Part shown: in pieces, positions 36,845-50,753 of the stretch | Layout: the number at the start of each line of letters is the position of its first letter | Numbering within the stretch: the stretch's first letter is position 1 | NCBI GenBank assembly: GCA_964016885.1 | Contig: OZ024743.1 | Coordinates: 51,336,001-51,400,000, forward strand | Reading direction: 5' to 3' | DNA length: 64,000 nt | Origin: Eledone cirrhosa | Lineage: Eukaryota | Notes under the pieces: model-generated | What the model was told of the DNA's origin: nothing | The model's database searches: none | The model's input: only the letters and a program-made list of their open reading frames with translations | Translations under genes and position numbers: made by a program

Positions 36845-37039
36845 ATAAAGATTAAAGATTCAGGATCCGACAGCTGAGATGTTGCCATTTCAACAGATAG
36901 TTCCAGACTCAGCAAGAGCTCAGCTGTCATGTACCGACCCTTTATAATATAACCATACTCTACTATCCAAAGTATTGAGTACTCTGTTGAGTAATGGTCT
37001 AACCAGTTTCAAACTGAATCCATCCTGATATATATATAT

Positions 37040-37890
37040 CACCGTTTAACGTCCATTTTTCCACACTAGCATGGGTTAGACGAGTGTTTCCTTTATGACA
37101 TAAGCCAGATCGGATGGCTGTGTCTTGCTCATATAGAAGTGGCTTGGTTTCTATGGTTGGATGCCCTTTCTAATTCCAACCACATTTACAGAGTGGACTG
37201 GGTGCTTTTTGTCATGACACCCAAACAACCACTTTACAGTGTGGACTGGTGACTGGGGTGGGAGTGGGGTTTATGGAGGATTGGAGAGTTAAATGTAGGG
37301 TGGGGCGCTTACCTGGTGGGGGGTAGGGACATGAATGAAGTGTAGGGAGTTAAGGCGTGGGTAGGGAGTTAAGGCGTGAGTAGGGTGTGGGAGGTGTATG
37401 AAAGGGGGAGAAAGTGGTGTGTACTAGATGTATGCTTCAACCTGTGTCATCACTTTTGAGAGGTGCAAGTCTTTGTCCTACTCCATAGCTTCCATCAACT
37501 TTGAGCAACCTAGACCTTTTTATACAGCTGTCATCCTTCATATGCATCACATGTTCATGCCATCACAATTTCCTCTCCTGCACACTGCATCTGATTCCTC
37601 TTATTCCCAGTTTCTCTCTCAGTTCATTTATGCTTTGTCATTCATTTTATATTAACTATTAAACATCGATCAGAACATGCAAACTTCATAGGTCCTCTGC
37701 ATACAGCGCTCAGATCTCACTACCATGCAGCATTGCTATTTGTATACACACATCATACAATCTGCCCTTCATTTTGAGGGGCAAAACCTTTTGTAGTTAG
37801 CAGCGGTAGTAGCTGCCTAAACTTTCTCAGGCTACTGTACTTTCAGAATACTCACCTCCACTGCTAATTTGGTCGTTCAGGTAACAGAAT
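37040..37890 (-). mobile_element. Decayed RTE LINE 3' fragment in the last DPH1 intron
   Basis: Similar to 16725-17560. Confidence 0.8.
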
Positions 37891-38181
37891 CTATGAACTA
37901 CTTCTACTTGTGTATATATATTTGGTTCTGTAGGTATCATGACAAAAAAACACAGTCCACGCTGTAATGTGGTCGTGTAGGTAACATGGCAAGAAGCTCC
38001 CAGTCCACACTATAAATGTGGTTGGTGTTAGGAAGGGCATCCAGCCGTAGAAAACTTGCCAGATAGTCCTATACAAGCGAGACACGGTCACCCGACCAAT
38101 CTTTCCTCAAGCGAGACAATTCCCATCTAACCCATGCTAGCGTGGAAGATAGACATTAAATGATGATGATGATGATTTATT

Positions 38182-38480
38182 AAATGATAACAGAAAGCCG
38201 GACTAGAAAATATACTCTGAAATTTTAATTCCATGAAATCACTAAACATATTTCAATGGCCCAGCTCCATCATTCAAATATGATGCAAGACAGGACGAGC
38301 TCATCAGGTAACTTTGACAGAATTACATAACAGGGTTAAGTTGATCCCAAACATATGTTAGTAATTCTGATGAGAATGTTATTTGGATGATGGAGCTGTG
38401 ACATTGAAATATGTTTAGTGATTTCATGGAATTAAAATTTTAAAGTATATCTTCAAGTCCGGCCGTCTGTTGTCGTTATA
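38182..38480. repeat. ~300-bp imperfect inverted repeat (PLE pLTR-like)
   Basis: aaattttaattccatgaaatcactaaacatatttcaatg..cagctccatc versus gatggagctg..cattgaaatatgtttagtgatttcatggaattaaaattt. Confidence 0.85.
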
Positions 38481-39237
38481 TAAATCCTTTACTCCATTCC
38501 TGCACCAACCACTGGATACTACATCTACGTTGGATGACATAACGTTGAGTGGTTTCATTGATTTGTTACATAATGGTTTGCCTACCAGAACCACCAGTTC
38601 TAACCATTGGTAATCAAAATAACTTAAATAGTATTATATATATATATATATATATAAGTATATATTACAGGTGAAGACGCAGGGCTTAGTGGTTAGAGCA
38701 TTGGGCTTGCAATCGAAAGGTTGTGAGTTCAATTCTCGGACCGGGTGATGTGTTGTTTCCTTGAACAAGACACTTTATTTCACGTTGCTCCAGTTTACTC
38801 AGCTGTAGAAATGAGAGGATAGGACTGGGGTCCCTATCATTAAATTACCCAAGACACCTCCAACGAGATATACCTTGGAGGAGGCCAGCTAAACCTGCAT
38901 AGGTGTGAGCTGTTACACACACACATATATTACAGGCTTCTGCAGTTTTTGTCTACCAAATTTTGCTCCTAAGACTATTGTAAAAGACAGTTGTTGAAGG
39001 TGCTGCACAGCAAGAGTGAACACAAAACCATAATTACCAAGTGAGCTCTTTAACCACACAGCCATTTCTGTGCCTAATAGTTTTTTAATACAATTTTTGA
39101 CTCTATGAACATGCACACCAAAATATTTTTATTTCGCTCTGAAGTATGTCACAAGTATAAAAATGTTTGGGAAGCTTTGCCATAAGTTGTGTTGAAGAAT
39201 TTACATATAAAATATAGATAGCTCTTTCATAACTCAC

Positions 39238-39316
39238 CTCGTATGGAGTTAAAACTGGTTTTTCAAAAGCCATGCCCCAGTCTATAGAAAGACGAGGACA
39301 GGCTATCTGGACCCAC
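39238..39316 (-). CDS. DPH1: DPH1 exon (not in ORF track)
   Basis: [26 protein letters not shown], with the third Fe-S Cys (ACPR); GAG|gtgagt. Confidence 0.96.
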
Positions 39317-41474
39317 CTAAGGGAATATAAAAGTAAGAAATAGAGAATTTTAATGTTAAATCAAAGGATGAGGACACAAAACATTAAATGTATTATTATT
39401 GGTGGTGGTTTTGCAGTATTGGTAGAACGTCAGGCCCCATGCTTTGCAACATAGAGTTACATCCCTTTACGTTCTGAGTTCAAATCCTGCCGAGGTTAAC
39501 CTTGCCTTTCATTAGTGGATTGGCAGAACTGGTAGAGGGTCGGACACCATGCTTTGCAACAGAGTTACGGCCCTTTACGTTCTGAGATTAGCTTTGCCTT
39601 TCATCCTTACAGGGTCGATAAATAAAGTACCAGTCACGAACTGGGGATTGATTTAATCGACTTCCCTCCCTCAAAATTGCTGGTCTTGTGCCTATATAAG
39701 AAAGCATTATTATTATTATTTGTTTCATTGGCTAACAATCTGAGTTCAAATCACACTACAGCTAAATTTGCATTTTATCTAAACAAGGTTATTGTTTAAC
39801 CCTAAGTTAAGCCTCATCCAGCTGACTTATGATCAAAGGTTTTCTCACCTTCAACATAGTGAATAAGATTGAAATTAAGGGGAAGAGATAGATGAAAGAC
39901 AAATTGACCTTGGTGGAATTTGAACTCAAAACATAGAGAGCCCTAAAATAATAATTTCTAACATATACACAAAGCTACAAATGTGGGAGATGTGATTACT
40001 TGATTAAATTGACTCCAGTTTGACTTATCAACCTTGGAAGGATGAAAGGCAAAGTTGACCTCAGTGCATAATCATCCATGGCATACCAAGCTGACCACAA
40101 GAACAAGTGTTGACTCCAGATGGATCTTCTCAACAGTAGAACACAGAAAGTGAAAGAGGAGCTAATTAAACCTTCATGGGGTCTCTCACTGAAAATTTAC
40201 AATGATCGAGATCGTGTAGGTGTCATGACAAAAAACCACACAGTCCACGCTGTAATGTGGCCATGTAGGTAACACAGTAAAAATTTCCCAGTCCACACTG
40301 TAAATGTGGTTGGTGTTAGGAAGCGCATCCAGCCGTAGAAAACCTGCCAGATAGTCCTATACGAGTGAGACACGGTCACCCGACCAATCTTGCCTCAAGT
40401 GGGACAACTCCTGTCTAACCCATGCTAGCATGGAAGATAGACGTTAAACGATGATGATGCTCTTGTAATAACTAATGGAAGTGATGTATAACATTTTCCA
40501 CCTTATATGCTGAGTCACTGGGAAAATGTTCCCACTTGTAGTAGCATATTCTGGATGTTGCTGTTACAATCATAAATAAACTGAAAACTAGGCATCTAAT
40601 GGATGCCAGTGCCCAAAATGGATGGCTGTAGACCAGATACTGTTTGTTCCATTTGCATCATTTCATTGTCTCCAATTTGATTTAGAGTATTTTCCAATGC
40701 AATACAATGTTATTTCTAAACTTAACTTCATATCAACTGTGACTATCCTTTTCACCTGAATTTTCTCTACTCCTTATCTTTTTTTTTTATTTCCTTGTGT
40801 CTCCCATTAGGTTAGCATATAGCTTGCTCGTTCATGCCTCATCATTTTTGCTTTCAGTTTAATGACTGTTTTAATTTATTTAAGATAGTTTTATGTGTCA
40901 GTTATTGTCTGATGTGTGTCTGGTATTATTCCTTTGTCTCTCTCCTGTAAGTTGTTTCATGTAATTTAATGATAACACTTTGTCTCTTTTCGTCCCAGGG
41001 CAGTGACTAATCTATTTTATCTTGTTACTAACCCATTGTCCTGTTGTTTATTTTCTGGGATAATTTTCCTAGATGTGGTGTATTCTGGACATTGCAGTTT
41101 CTCTCCTTATTTTACCAAAAATACACAATGGCTGGCATATTTCCAAATATTCTTTGTTTGTTCTATATGTAATGTTTCCTTTGATCTTCAACTCGATTTA
41201 TACCAATTTAACTCTTTTGATGTCAAAGAGCCTGAAACTGACCCTGGTTCTACAATACTAAGTTGTTTATTTTCAAGTATTTAATTTTATGTAAGAACCT
41301 TTGTTATGTTATGCTCCAACAGCAGCTTAATAATAGGAATGGTTGTTACATTACTTACTCCCCCCATATCAGTAATTATTTTGAAAATTATTTGAAAATG
41401 ATAGACAGTGCTTTTTCCTAGAAATATGTAAGGAAAGGGTTAAAGTGTATGAAATAATCAATTGTGCTACTTAC

Positions 41475-41575
41475 GCATCAACATTGTGGAACAGTTTTAG
41501 CTTATTTGGATATATCTCAGATAGAAGAACTATAAATGATTTTTTACCGACTTTCTGCATTGATTCTTCAAGAGT
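41475..41575 (-). CDS. DPH1: DPH1 exon (not in ORF track)
   Basis: TLEESMQKVGKKSFIVLLSEIYPNKLKLFHNVDA; ggcag acceptor, GC|gtaagt donor. Confidence 0.94.
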
Positions 41576-42354
41576 CTGCCAATAAATCAAAAAACATTTT
41601 GGAAAAGAAGCTGTTTAAAATGTTATATTGGCCCATGCTAATGTGGAAGATAGACGTTTAATGATGATGATGATGATGATGGCCCTATCCCATGCCTAGA
41701 GGCCATGAAGCTAGAGCTTATCCCAATTTCCTTGGAGTTAAGCACCTGAGAGTACAAGACTCTCCTTTGGACTCAACACCAGCCCACTGCAGAGTTAACC
41801 CACTCCACTAACTCCTATTGCTGCTACTCAGCTTTTCTGCTGAATGGGTTGAAGCAAAGGGAAACCAAGTATCTTGCTGAAGAACACAACACACACCTGA
41901 TCTGGATATCGAACTCACAAGATTATGGTTGTGAATCAAACACCCTAAACTACCAAATTACATATAAAGTTCAAGTCTGATTACATTGGTTTAACTCACC
42001 CACCTTAACACTCACCCCTTCAGTTTTGGTTTCCAATCCAACCCTGACTGATATATAACACCACCAACAACAACCTGCCATTTTTATTGACTATATTTGG
42101 CATGGTTATATGATTAAGAAGTTTGTTTCATAACCACATGGTTTTAGGCTAGGTTCCACTCTGAGTCACTTCGAGCAGATGTCTTCTCCTACAGCCTCAA
42201 ATATATATATATGTGTGTGTGACTGTACATGTGGGTAGGTGCCTGTGTCTCTAACTTTCTGGATCAACAAAAAGAGATTGATAAAATATGTCCCAATCTT
42301 GTAAAAATAATTACTCAGGCTAATATGATCATCTAAATCCCGGCAGTGTCTCAA

Positions 42355-42737
42355 CATGACCACAATCTAATGAATGAAAGCAATAACAAAGACAAAAGAA
42401 TGTGATGCTTCAGTATGATCGCAGTCTAATGATTAGAATCAGTAAAAGAATAGAAGAAAGTGGTGCTCTTGAATGGCCACAGTCTAATGACTGAAGCCAG
42501 TAAAAGAATAAAAGAATCTGATACCCCAGCATGGCCACAGTCTAATGACTGAAGCCAGTAAAAGAATAAAAGAATCTGATACCCCAGCATGGCCACAGTC
42601 TAATGACTGAAGTCAGTAAAAGAATAAAAGAATCTGATACCCCAGCATGGCCACAGTCTAATGACTGAAGTCAGTAAAAGAATAAAAGAATGTGATACCC
42701 CAGCATGGCCACAGTCTAATGACTGAAGCCAGTAAAA
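42355..42737. repeat. 58-bp tandem repeat derived from a SINE 3' tail
   Basis: tggccacagtctaatgactgaagccagtaaaagaataaaagaa at 42474, 42532, 42590 and onward. Confidence 0.9.
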
Positions 42738-42759
42738 ATATATATACAATATCTTTTAC

Positions 42760-42916
42760 CTGAAGAATCTTTGGAGATCCTTGTCTTCCCAATGTGCCTA
42801 ATATGATTCCAATCATTTGTGCTTTACTAAAAGCTTTAATGGCATCCTGTCGTATTCTTTTCATCTTGGAATGGTCATAATATTCCTGGGAAAACACCTT
42901 ACTATAGGGATCATAC
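42760..42916 (-). CDS. DPH1: DPH1 exon
   Basis: [26 protein letters not shown]...[17 protein letters not shown]. Confidence 0.95.
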
Positions 42917-43256
42917 CTGTAAGACAGTGGAGAGAAGTGGTGAACCTGGTTGGAGATTGACAACAAATGGAGAAAAGATGTGCTGGAAAAGACCAATCCA
43001 TACAAAAATGGATATAATAGGATGATGGTGATTATACTGTATTATACCAGTAATATAGTGTGTGTGTGTGTGTGGGGGGGGGATATGTCATACTTTACTG
43101 TAAAGAGCATACCAGTAATATAGTAGGGAGGGGGGTATCATATCTTACTATACGGATAATACATGCAATACAGTGAGGAGGGAGCAAATAATACACCATA
43201 GTATAAGGATCATACCTATAACACAGTCACAAGGAAATATAGCAGATTTAATTTAA

Positions 43257-43474
43257 CCCTTTAGCATTTACATTACTTTATACTTATTGTATTTTCATGG
43301 TAAACACTTTATTCCATATAATTATCTCGCATAATATTGAATGTATGAGAATTTGATATTATTTATTTCGAGAACAATACCTTAACATAAGTATGAACAG
43401 CCAGTTATGGCTGGTTTGAACAGAAAGAGGTGAGAGAATTATGGCCGGATATGGCCAGTTTAAATGCTACAGGG
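43257..43474. mobile_element. piggyBac-type MITE; a reverse-oriented relative at ~50845-51060
   Basis: TTAA|CCCTTTAGCATTTA ... TAAATGCTACAGGG|TTAA, i.e. TTAA TSD and CCC-start TIRs. Confidence 0.85.
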
Positions 43475-43579
43475 TTAAAACAACAACACTACTATCTCTC
43501 TCTCTCTCTCTCTAAACAACACTACACTCTCTCACTATCTCTCGCTCACACACTAAAACATTACATACTTTCTCTCTCA

Positions 43580-45010
43580 CTCACACACACTAAAACAGCA
43601 CTTCATACACATGCTCTCTCACACACACACACACACACTAAAACAGCACTTCATACACAGGTTCTCTCACACACAGAACACACTAAAACCACTTCATACA
43701 CATGCTCTCTCACACACACACAACTAAAACAGCACTTCATACACATGCTCTCACACACACACTAAAACAGCACTTCATACACATGTTCTCACACACACAC
43801 TAAAACAGTATTTCATACACATGCTCTCTCACACACACTAAGACAGCACTTCATACAATGCTCTCTCACACACACACACTAAAACAGCACTTCATACACA
43901 TGCTCTCTCACACACACACACTAAAACAGCACTTCATACACATGCTCTCTCACACACACACTAAAACAGCACTTCATACACATGCTCTCTCTCACACACA
44001 CACTAAAACAGCACTTCATACACATGATCTCTCACACACACACACTAAAACAGCACTTCATACACATGCTCTCTCACACACACACACTAAAACAGCACTT
44101 CATACACATGCTCTCTCACACACACACACTAAAACAGCACTTCATACACATGCTCTCTCTCACACACACACTAAAACAGCACTTCATACACATGATCTCT
44201 CACACACACACACTAAAACAGCACTTCATACACATGCTCTCTCACACACACACACTAAAACAGCACTTCATACACATGCTCTCTCACACACACACTAAAA
44301 CAGCACTTCATACACATGCTCTCTCTCACACACACACTAAAACAGCACTTCATATACATGCTCTCTCACACACACACTAAAACAGCACTTCATACACATG
44401 CTCTCTCTCACACACTAAAACAGCACTTCATACACATGCTCTTTCACACACACACACTAAAACAGCACTTCATACACATGCTCTCTCTCACACACTAAAA
44501 CAGCACTTCATACACATGCTCTTTCACACACACACACTAAAACAGCACTTCATACACATGCTCTTTCACACACACACACTAAAACAGCACTTCATACACA
44601 TGCTCTCTCTCACACACTAAAACAGCACTTCATACACATGCTCTCTCTCACACACACACTAAAACAGCACTTCTTACACATGCTCTCTCACATAAACACA
44701 CTAAAACAGCACTTCTTACACATGCTCTCTCACATAAACACACTAAAACAGCACTTCATACACATGCTCTCTCACACACACACTAAAACAGCACTTCATA
44801 CACATGATCTCTCTCACACACACACTAAAACAGCACTTCATACACATGCTCTCTCACACACACACACTAAAACAGCACTTCATACACATGCTCTCTCACA
44901 CACACACACTAAAACAGCACTTCATACACATGCTCTCTTACACACACACACTAAAACAGCACTTCATACTCACACACTAAAACAGCACTTCATACACATG
45001 CTCTAAAAAA
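43580..45010. repeat. ~37-42-bp minisatellite with embedded (CT)n(CA)n length variation
   Basis: ctaaaacagcacttcatacacatgctctctcacacacaca unit, roughly 35 copies. Confidence 0.96.
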
Positions 45011-45661
45011 CACTACACACTTGTTCTCTCTCTCACAAAAACTAATACATTATACTCTCTTGCTCTCTCTCTCACATACACACACTTGATCTCTACTCAC
45101 CTGCGCTCACGAACGCATGCACACACAGAGTGTAAGATCAGTAGCATTAAAAGACTCAGTATTACCGCCCGTAGTCCATGTCTCTCTCATGTGACCATAG
45201 ATATACACCTTGAAAGTTCCTCTACAAGGCACAAACCTACGTAAGGTGTTTTGTGGAAGACCAGCAGTCACCCATGCAGGCAAGTCTCTTCTCCATGCCA
45301 TCAATGTTAGCCATGAAAGGCAAAAGCCGATACAGCTTGGCACCACTGATGCTGCAGGTAAATTCAGAAGACAAAGATACCACAAGCCATCATACCTGAC
45401 ACAATTTCAATAATCCACTGCTCTGGACTACTACTTTATTTATCAACCAAAAGAATGACAAATGGCAAACCTGACATTGGCAGCATTTCAACTGAAGCAG
45501 GCAGAGAGTCAGAACAAATACTGCAAGGGACTTTGTCTTATTTTGTAACAACTTTTCTTGGTTAGGGTGTTGGACTTATGATCATAAGGTTGTGGATTTA
45601 ATTCCTGGACCAGGCAGCACATTGTGTTCTTGAGCAAAATGCTTCCATTCATATTGCTTTT

Positions 45662-46170
45662 CATGATAGGTCTGGTACCCCTATCATTAAAACACCTAAG
45701 AAACCTCCATTAAGATACAACCTTGTAGGAGGCCAGCTAAACCTATAAAAATGTGAGCTATAACATGATAGGACTGGGGTCTCTATCATTAAAACACCCA
45801 AGAAACCTCCATTGAAATACAACCTTGTAGGAGACCAGCTAAACCTACAGAAGTGTGAGCTATAACATGATAGGACTGGGGTCTCTATCATTAAAACACC
45901 CAAGAAACCTCCATTGAGATACAATCTTGTAGGAGACCAGCTAAACCTACAGAGGTGTGAGCCATAACATGATAGGACTGGTACCCCTATCATTAAAACA
46001 CCCAAGAAACCTCCATTGAAATACAACCTTGTAGGAGACCAGCTAAACCTACAGAAGTGTGAGCTATAACATGATAGGACTGGGGTCCCTATCATTAAAA
46101 CACCCAAGAAATCTCCATTGAGATACAACCTGGTATGAGGCCAGCTAAACTTACAGAGGTGAGAGCTGTA
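45662..46170. repeat. 102-bp tandem repeat (~5 copies) derived from a SINE segment
   Basis: catgataggactggggtctctatcattaaaacacccaagaaacctcc unit; single-copy homologue at 38818-38910 inside a SINE. Confidence 0.92.
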
Positions 46171-46258
46171 AATTTCATTTTTTTTTGCTATATGAAATAC
46201 ACAGAAATAGGGACATTGCACAAATGTAAAAAGCAATAATTTAGAAATAATATAGCAC

Positions 46259-46327
46259 CTGTATGCAGTTATATGTGGATTGGCAATCATCACAGACTCC
46301 AGATGGAATCGGCCATCACCAAGGTAA
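46259..46327 (-). CDS. DPH1: DPH1 exon
   Basis: YLGDGRFHLESVMIANPHITAYR; 69 nt, phase 2-2. Confidence 0.95.
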
Positions 46328-46879
46328 CTATAATATATAAGAAAAACAAAAAATAAAGCAAGATTAAGAAGAAGAAAAAAACGGGAGCCAATCATCAATC
46401 AGACTAAGGAAACAATGTTTCCATTGGTTTTTCTATTGCTGATATTTGTCAGTCACAGCATCTGGCTGAAGAAAGGAGCTGATTACCAGATTGAATGAAA
46501 GAAACAATGTTTCCATTGGTCTTTCTATTGCTGATATGATCTGCCCTAGTCACTACACCTGGCAGAACGAGATGGAGTTTTAAATCAGAATCTACAGGGC
46601 CAAACCAGATTCCATAAAGTATCCTATTTAACTCTTTAACAATTCCAATAATCCACCACCAACTCATACTTTATTCATCAAACCGTGTAAGGATGAAGGT
46701 TAAAGTTCACCAGGATTTCAGATCACAGATAATTAGAACAAGTCCTGAGGTATTAACTATGACTCTCTAATGATTCTGTCAAAATGTTTTATGTAATACT
46801 GCTTTGTGTGTTAATGTTTACATACTTGTATATACACATGTAGTAAATACATACATACATACACACACGTGTATGTAGG

Positions 46880-48175
46880 CCATCGCTTCATTTTCTTTTC
46901 ATATCTCTCCTGTCCTCATATCCTCACTTCACTTAATTTTTTTCTTTATTTCTTTCCTGTTCTGCGTCTCTGTAGGCTTTGTGCATTGGGAATAAGGCGT
47001 TCACCCTCCAGTAACCGAGCCCTTGCCTGTAGAACCTATTTAGATCTACTACACATGATTAGAATAATAAATAATAATAATAATAATAGAGACATTGACT
47101 ATAGAAGATGCTACATGAAAGAAAGTGTAAAGAAAAACATCATTTTTAAGAAGGAATTCATATTGACATTTATGCAATAGTCCATGTCACAGTTGTGTGG
47201 ACAAGGTCCATCGTCATACATTCAGGCTGGTGTATTGTTCACCTTCACGGTCCGTGCACATGCGAGCCTGGTGAAAACATGGGCCAACCGGAGCAAGCAC
47301 TTCATTATAATCTCAGACTGTGAGTTGATTTGGTGGCCTTTCAATTTCAAAATCTCCACACATTCTGATATACACAGCCAACACTCCCTACTGCCCAATA
47401 TGTATGGAGGCGCATATTTTAGGATTTTCCACTTCAGTTTGAAGCTTCAATTTTCGTCCTTGAGATGCCATGCACACTTGCCCAGACTTCTGTGGGACCT
47501 CTTCCTCCTGTGCTTATAAGAGCACATGTGATTGTAATACTAAGATTGAAAATCCGTGCTGGTGAATCCAATATATGTGAAGTCTTTGTCGTTCTGTACT
47601 TTGAGAGGTTCATCTTAGTGAAGTGCATTGACCGGGGCGTTTAGTAATACAGCCTCTCCGAGGCGACCATCACTTGCGTACACATTGTTCTGGTTCTGAA
47701 TCTTTTTAGAGTTTATCGCTGCAATTATCTCTGCAAGGTTAGGCATAGTGGAAAAAGAAAACCATATGCCAGTTTGTGGTATTTATGCACTGGTGGAAAG
47801 CACTTGTCCTGGGTCTGAAAGAAGTTTCCAAGGTTGTTGGTCCTTACATGCCTGGAGTAAGGGGCATTAAACCATGTCACGTGCCTATTGCAGGATTTAA
47901 GTGGTGTCTGCAATTCCTAGCCTTGGGGCTCTTGTTTGTGTCCATGTTGTTGAGGGCAACAATCCGTGTTTATGAGCCTGTGGTTTTGTATGGTCGCAGT
48001 ATTTGTGCTCTTATGACCAGGCAGTATCCTGTTCACTTGTTGGTGCGACTGACTGTCAGTTATACTGTTATCGGCTGCATTCATCATGCCCTTATAGTAC
48101 TGGTGGCTATTCCTATTGTCCCTATAAGAAGGATCAAATGCTGTGTGCTTAAATCCTGTCATTTATGGATTCAGT
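46880..48175 (-). mobile_element. Decayed Penelope-like element
   Basis: RHVTWFNAPYS...DKCFPPVHKYHKL parallels RNILWFAPPFS...DKCFPKTHRYYSI of the 14065 element. Confidence 0.72.
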
Positions 48176-48929
48176 AACAAACAAGAGAAAGTATCTTTAC
48201 TATATTTTTGAGGAAAAAATTGGAACATTTACTAGAAATATAAAAGAAATCTTATGATGCTATTTTACATACATATATTTTACATGACCAATAAAAAGTG
48301 TATGTATATGTGTGTGTATGTGTATATATATATATTATATATGAGTGTGTGTGTATATATATATAGAGAGAGAGGTGCATGACTTAGTGGTTAGAGCATT
48401 GGCCTTGCAATCGAAAGGTTGAGTTCAATTCTCAGACCGGGTGATGTGTTGTTTCCTTGAGCAAGACACTTTATTTCACATTGCTCCAATTTACTCAGCT
48501 GTAGAAATGAGATGATAGGGACTGGGGTCCATATCATTCCACTGCAAAGTGGTCATGGAGGTGCCACGGCAAAAAAGCACCCAGCACTCACTGTAAATGA
48601 GGTTGGTGTTAGGAAGGGCATCCAGCTGTAGAAATCAAGCCAAAAATCAGTTGCCGTCCCACCCTTGCAAGCAGGGAAAAGCGGACATAAAATGATGATG
48701 ATGATGATATATATATAAATGTTTCCCAACAAGTAATGTGTACACTACTTCCTGGCTCTACCCCTCCTCTATACATACAATAACTTCACACTTCGTAATT
48801 CAGCTGTTTGCGGTTGTACCACTACATTGTAGTACTGGAAACCAACAGTCATGTTCACCACAATGTCTCTCTCTCTCTCTACAACCCCCACTGTGTGAGT
48901 GTCTGTATTTGTACACAGAATTCCTTCTT

Positions 48930-49720
48930 CTCACTCTCTATATTTCTACTTCGTCTTTAATTTCTCATTCTATCTTCTGATGAAATATTAGTGTCCGAAA
49001 CATTTAGACTCTTCCCACTATAATAAGCATTAAACTAATATATTTTTTCATTTAACTGTATTGTTTGCTTTGTTGTTTCTGTTTACTTTTCACGCATATA
49101 TATATATATGTGTATATATATGTGTGTATATATATATATGTGTATATGTGTATATATATGTGTGTAAAAGGTAAACGGAAATGGTACAGTATATGGAAGG
49201 AATATATTAGTTTAACGCTTGAAATAGCAGGAAGAGGGTCTTAACGTTTCAGACGCTAGTCCTTCATCAGAAGAAAGAATGAGACAAAATCTCTATATGG
49301 GTTAAATACACAAGTCTCAGGTATCCGAATGGCTCAATGTCAGCAGAAAGGCACCTAGGAGTCACAACTTGGATGCAGCCCAATCCCCCTTAAAGTGTAA
49401 GAAGTTAAGGGCTGAAACACTCGCTTGAGTGCGGTTTCTTCTCTGAAGACCTTCTGTCCAGATCTTCTGAGAGCTTCGTCTCTGAATACCTCCTGCTGTC
49501 CAGCTCTCCTGAAAGTTTCTTACCACAGACGTTTGAAGTGGAAGCCATACTTCACATAGGCTCAGAAAAATGTTCAATTGTTTTGTTTATTTCCACTGAC
49601 TCTAACCTTTTGTTCTAGTTTTAAACTTGACAAGAGTTTGGAGGGGCTGACCTGTTTGTCACAGGATGTCGTTTTGATAGGAAATCCCTATAGAGGATGT
49701 CAACAGTTTAAATTTAAAAA
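48930..49720. mobile_element. Two tail-to-tail PLE-like ends around a (TA/TG)n tract
   Basis: cttctgatgaa..gtccgaaac (+, 48974) and cttctgatgaaggactagcgtctgaaacgttaagac (-, 49273-49238) with homologous downstream sequence. Confidence 0.65.
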
Positions 49721-50311
49721 TTAATTCATAAAAAGTATAACATAGACACTAGCGAGAAAGGATAAGGTAAAAATAGATCTGACAGAGTGAGAGAATCTCT
49801 GTCAACAGCTGAAGTGAAGATGAAGACAGCGCCTCTTCAACGGAAACCAAAACAAAACAATGATATTTTAAATAATATGGTTAGGAAGGCAGTGATGGGA
49901 AGTGGAGGAGCTACATGTTCCTTGCCAAGGGAGGAGGTGAGAGAGAGAGGGAGGAGGGAGAGAGCCTGCCATGGGAGAAGGAGGGAAAGGTAGCTTTAAA
50001 GAGGATGAAAAATGAAAATTGCTAAAATCTATTTATTTGCTATTTTGCACATTGCTGTTGTTGTTGGGCCTCTGTTCCAGCAATGAGTGTTCTTGTCCAA
50101 ATAATGGAGATGTTTGTAAAATTTGGAAAGATTTAGAAATATAACTAACTTTCTCCCTCTTAAGTTAGTGTTTGGAAACAAGTTGAAATTAAAATAAAAA
50201 TAGTTTTGTATTGTAGAACCAGGGATGGTTTCAGATGGTTTGGTATAAAAATTGTTAATGGCCAAGAAAACTTTACCAAAATGTAAGGAGAGAAAATTAA
50301 AGCTAACATAC

Positions 50312-50433
50312 ATTAATATGTCAACATCTTCACCAAGTTTAGGGGCTGTACAACCAAGAATTTCACCAGGAGACAGGGGCTTCACTTGAGGAATGGTCAC
50401 ATTGTATATAGTCCGGAGCTCTCCTGCAACACC
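50312..50433 (-). CDS. DPH1: DPH1 exon
   Basis: [40 protein letters not shown], with the second Fe-S Cys motif GEILGC. Confidence 0.95.
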
Positions 50434-50598
50434 CTGACACCAGAATAAAAAAAGACAAGGGATGGTATATATCACTCAAGGACGTCATCTGTACACACAA
50501 GCAACAGCTAAGTTGGGGGGAGGAGGAGAAGCAGCAACAGCAGGACAAATGAAAAAAAAAAAAAATAAAAGGTTAAGATAAAATAAAAAGTTATTTAC

Positions 50599-50753
50599 CT
50601 GGAGGGCAGCAACGAACTGGATTGTACTGACCAGTGCAATGTGGGAGGTGGCAGCTATATTGTACTTGATTGTCTCCACAAAATGGCTGTTGTCTATCTT
50701 GATATCCACAAATACATAGAGCATGTGGATACCTTCGGTGACTGTGATGGGCA
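50599..50753 (-). CDS. DPH1: DPH1 exon
   Basis: (V)[51 protein letters not shown]; canonical splice sites, phase consistent. Confidence 0.95.

Noticed and set aside
38675-38760. tRNA genes at A/B-box sequences (also 6995, 30105, 48375)
   Set aside because: No acceptor stem closure, and they continue into shared SINE bodies
43430-45006. His/Thr-rich repetitive ORFs
   Set aside because: Intronic minisatellite with frequent unit-length changes that break frame
45661-46398. 245-aa ORF with 34-aa repeats fused to a DPH1 exon
   Set aside because: Only 46259-46327 is DPH1. The rest is read-through into a SINE-derived 102-bp repeat past a canonical donor.
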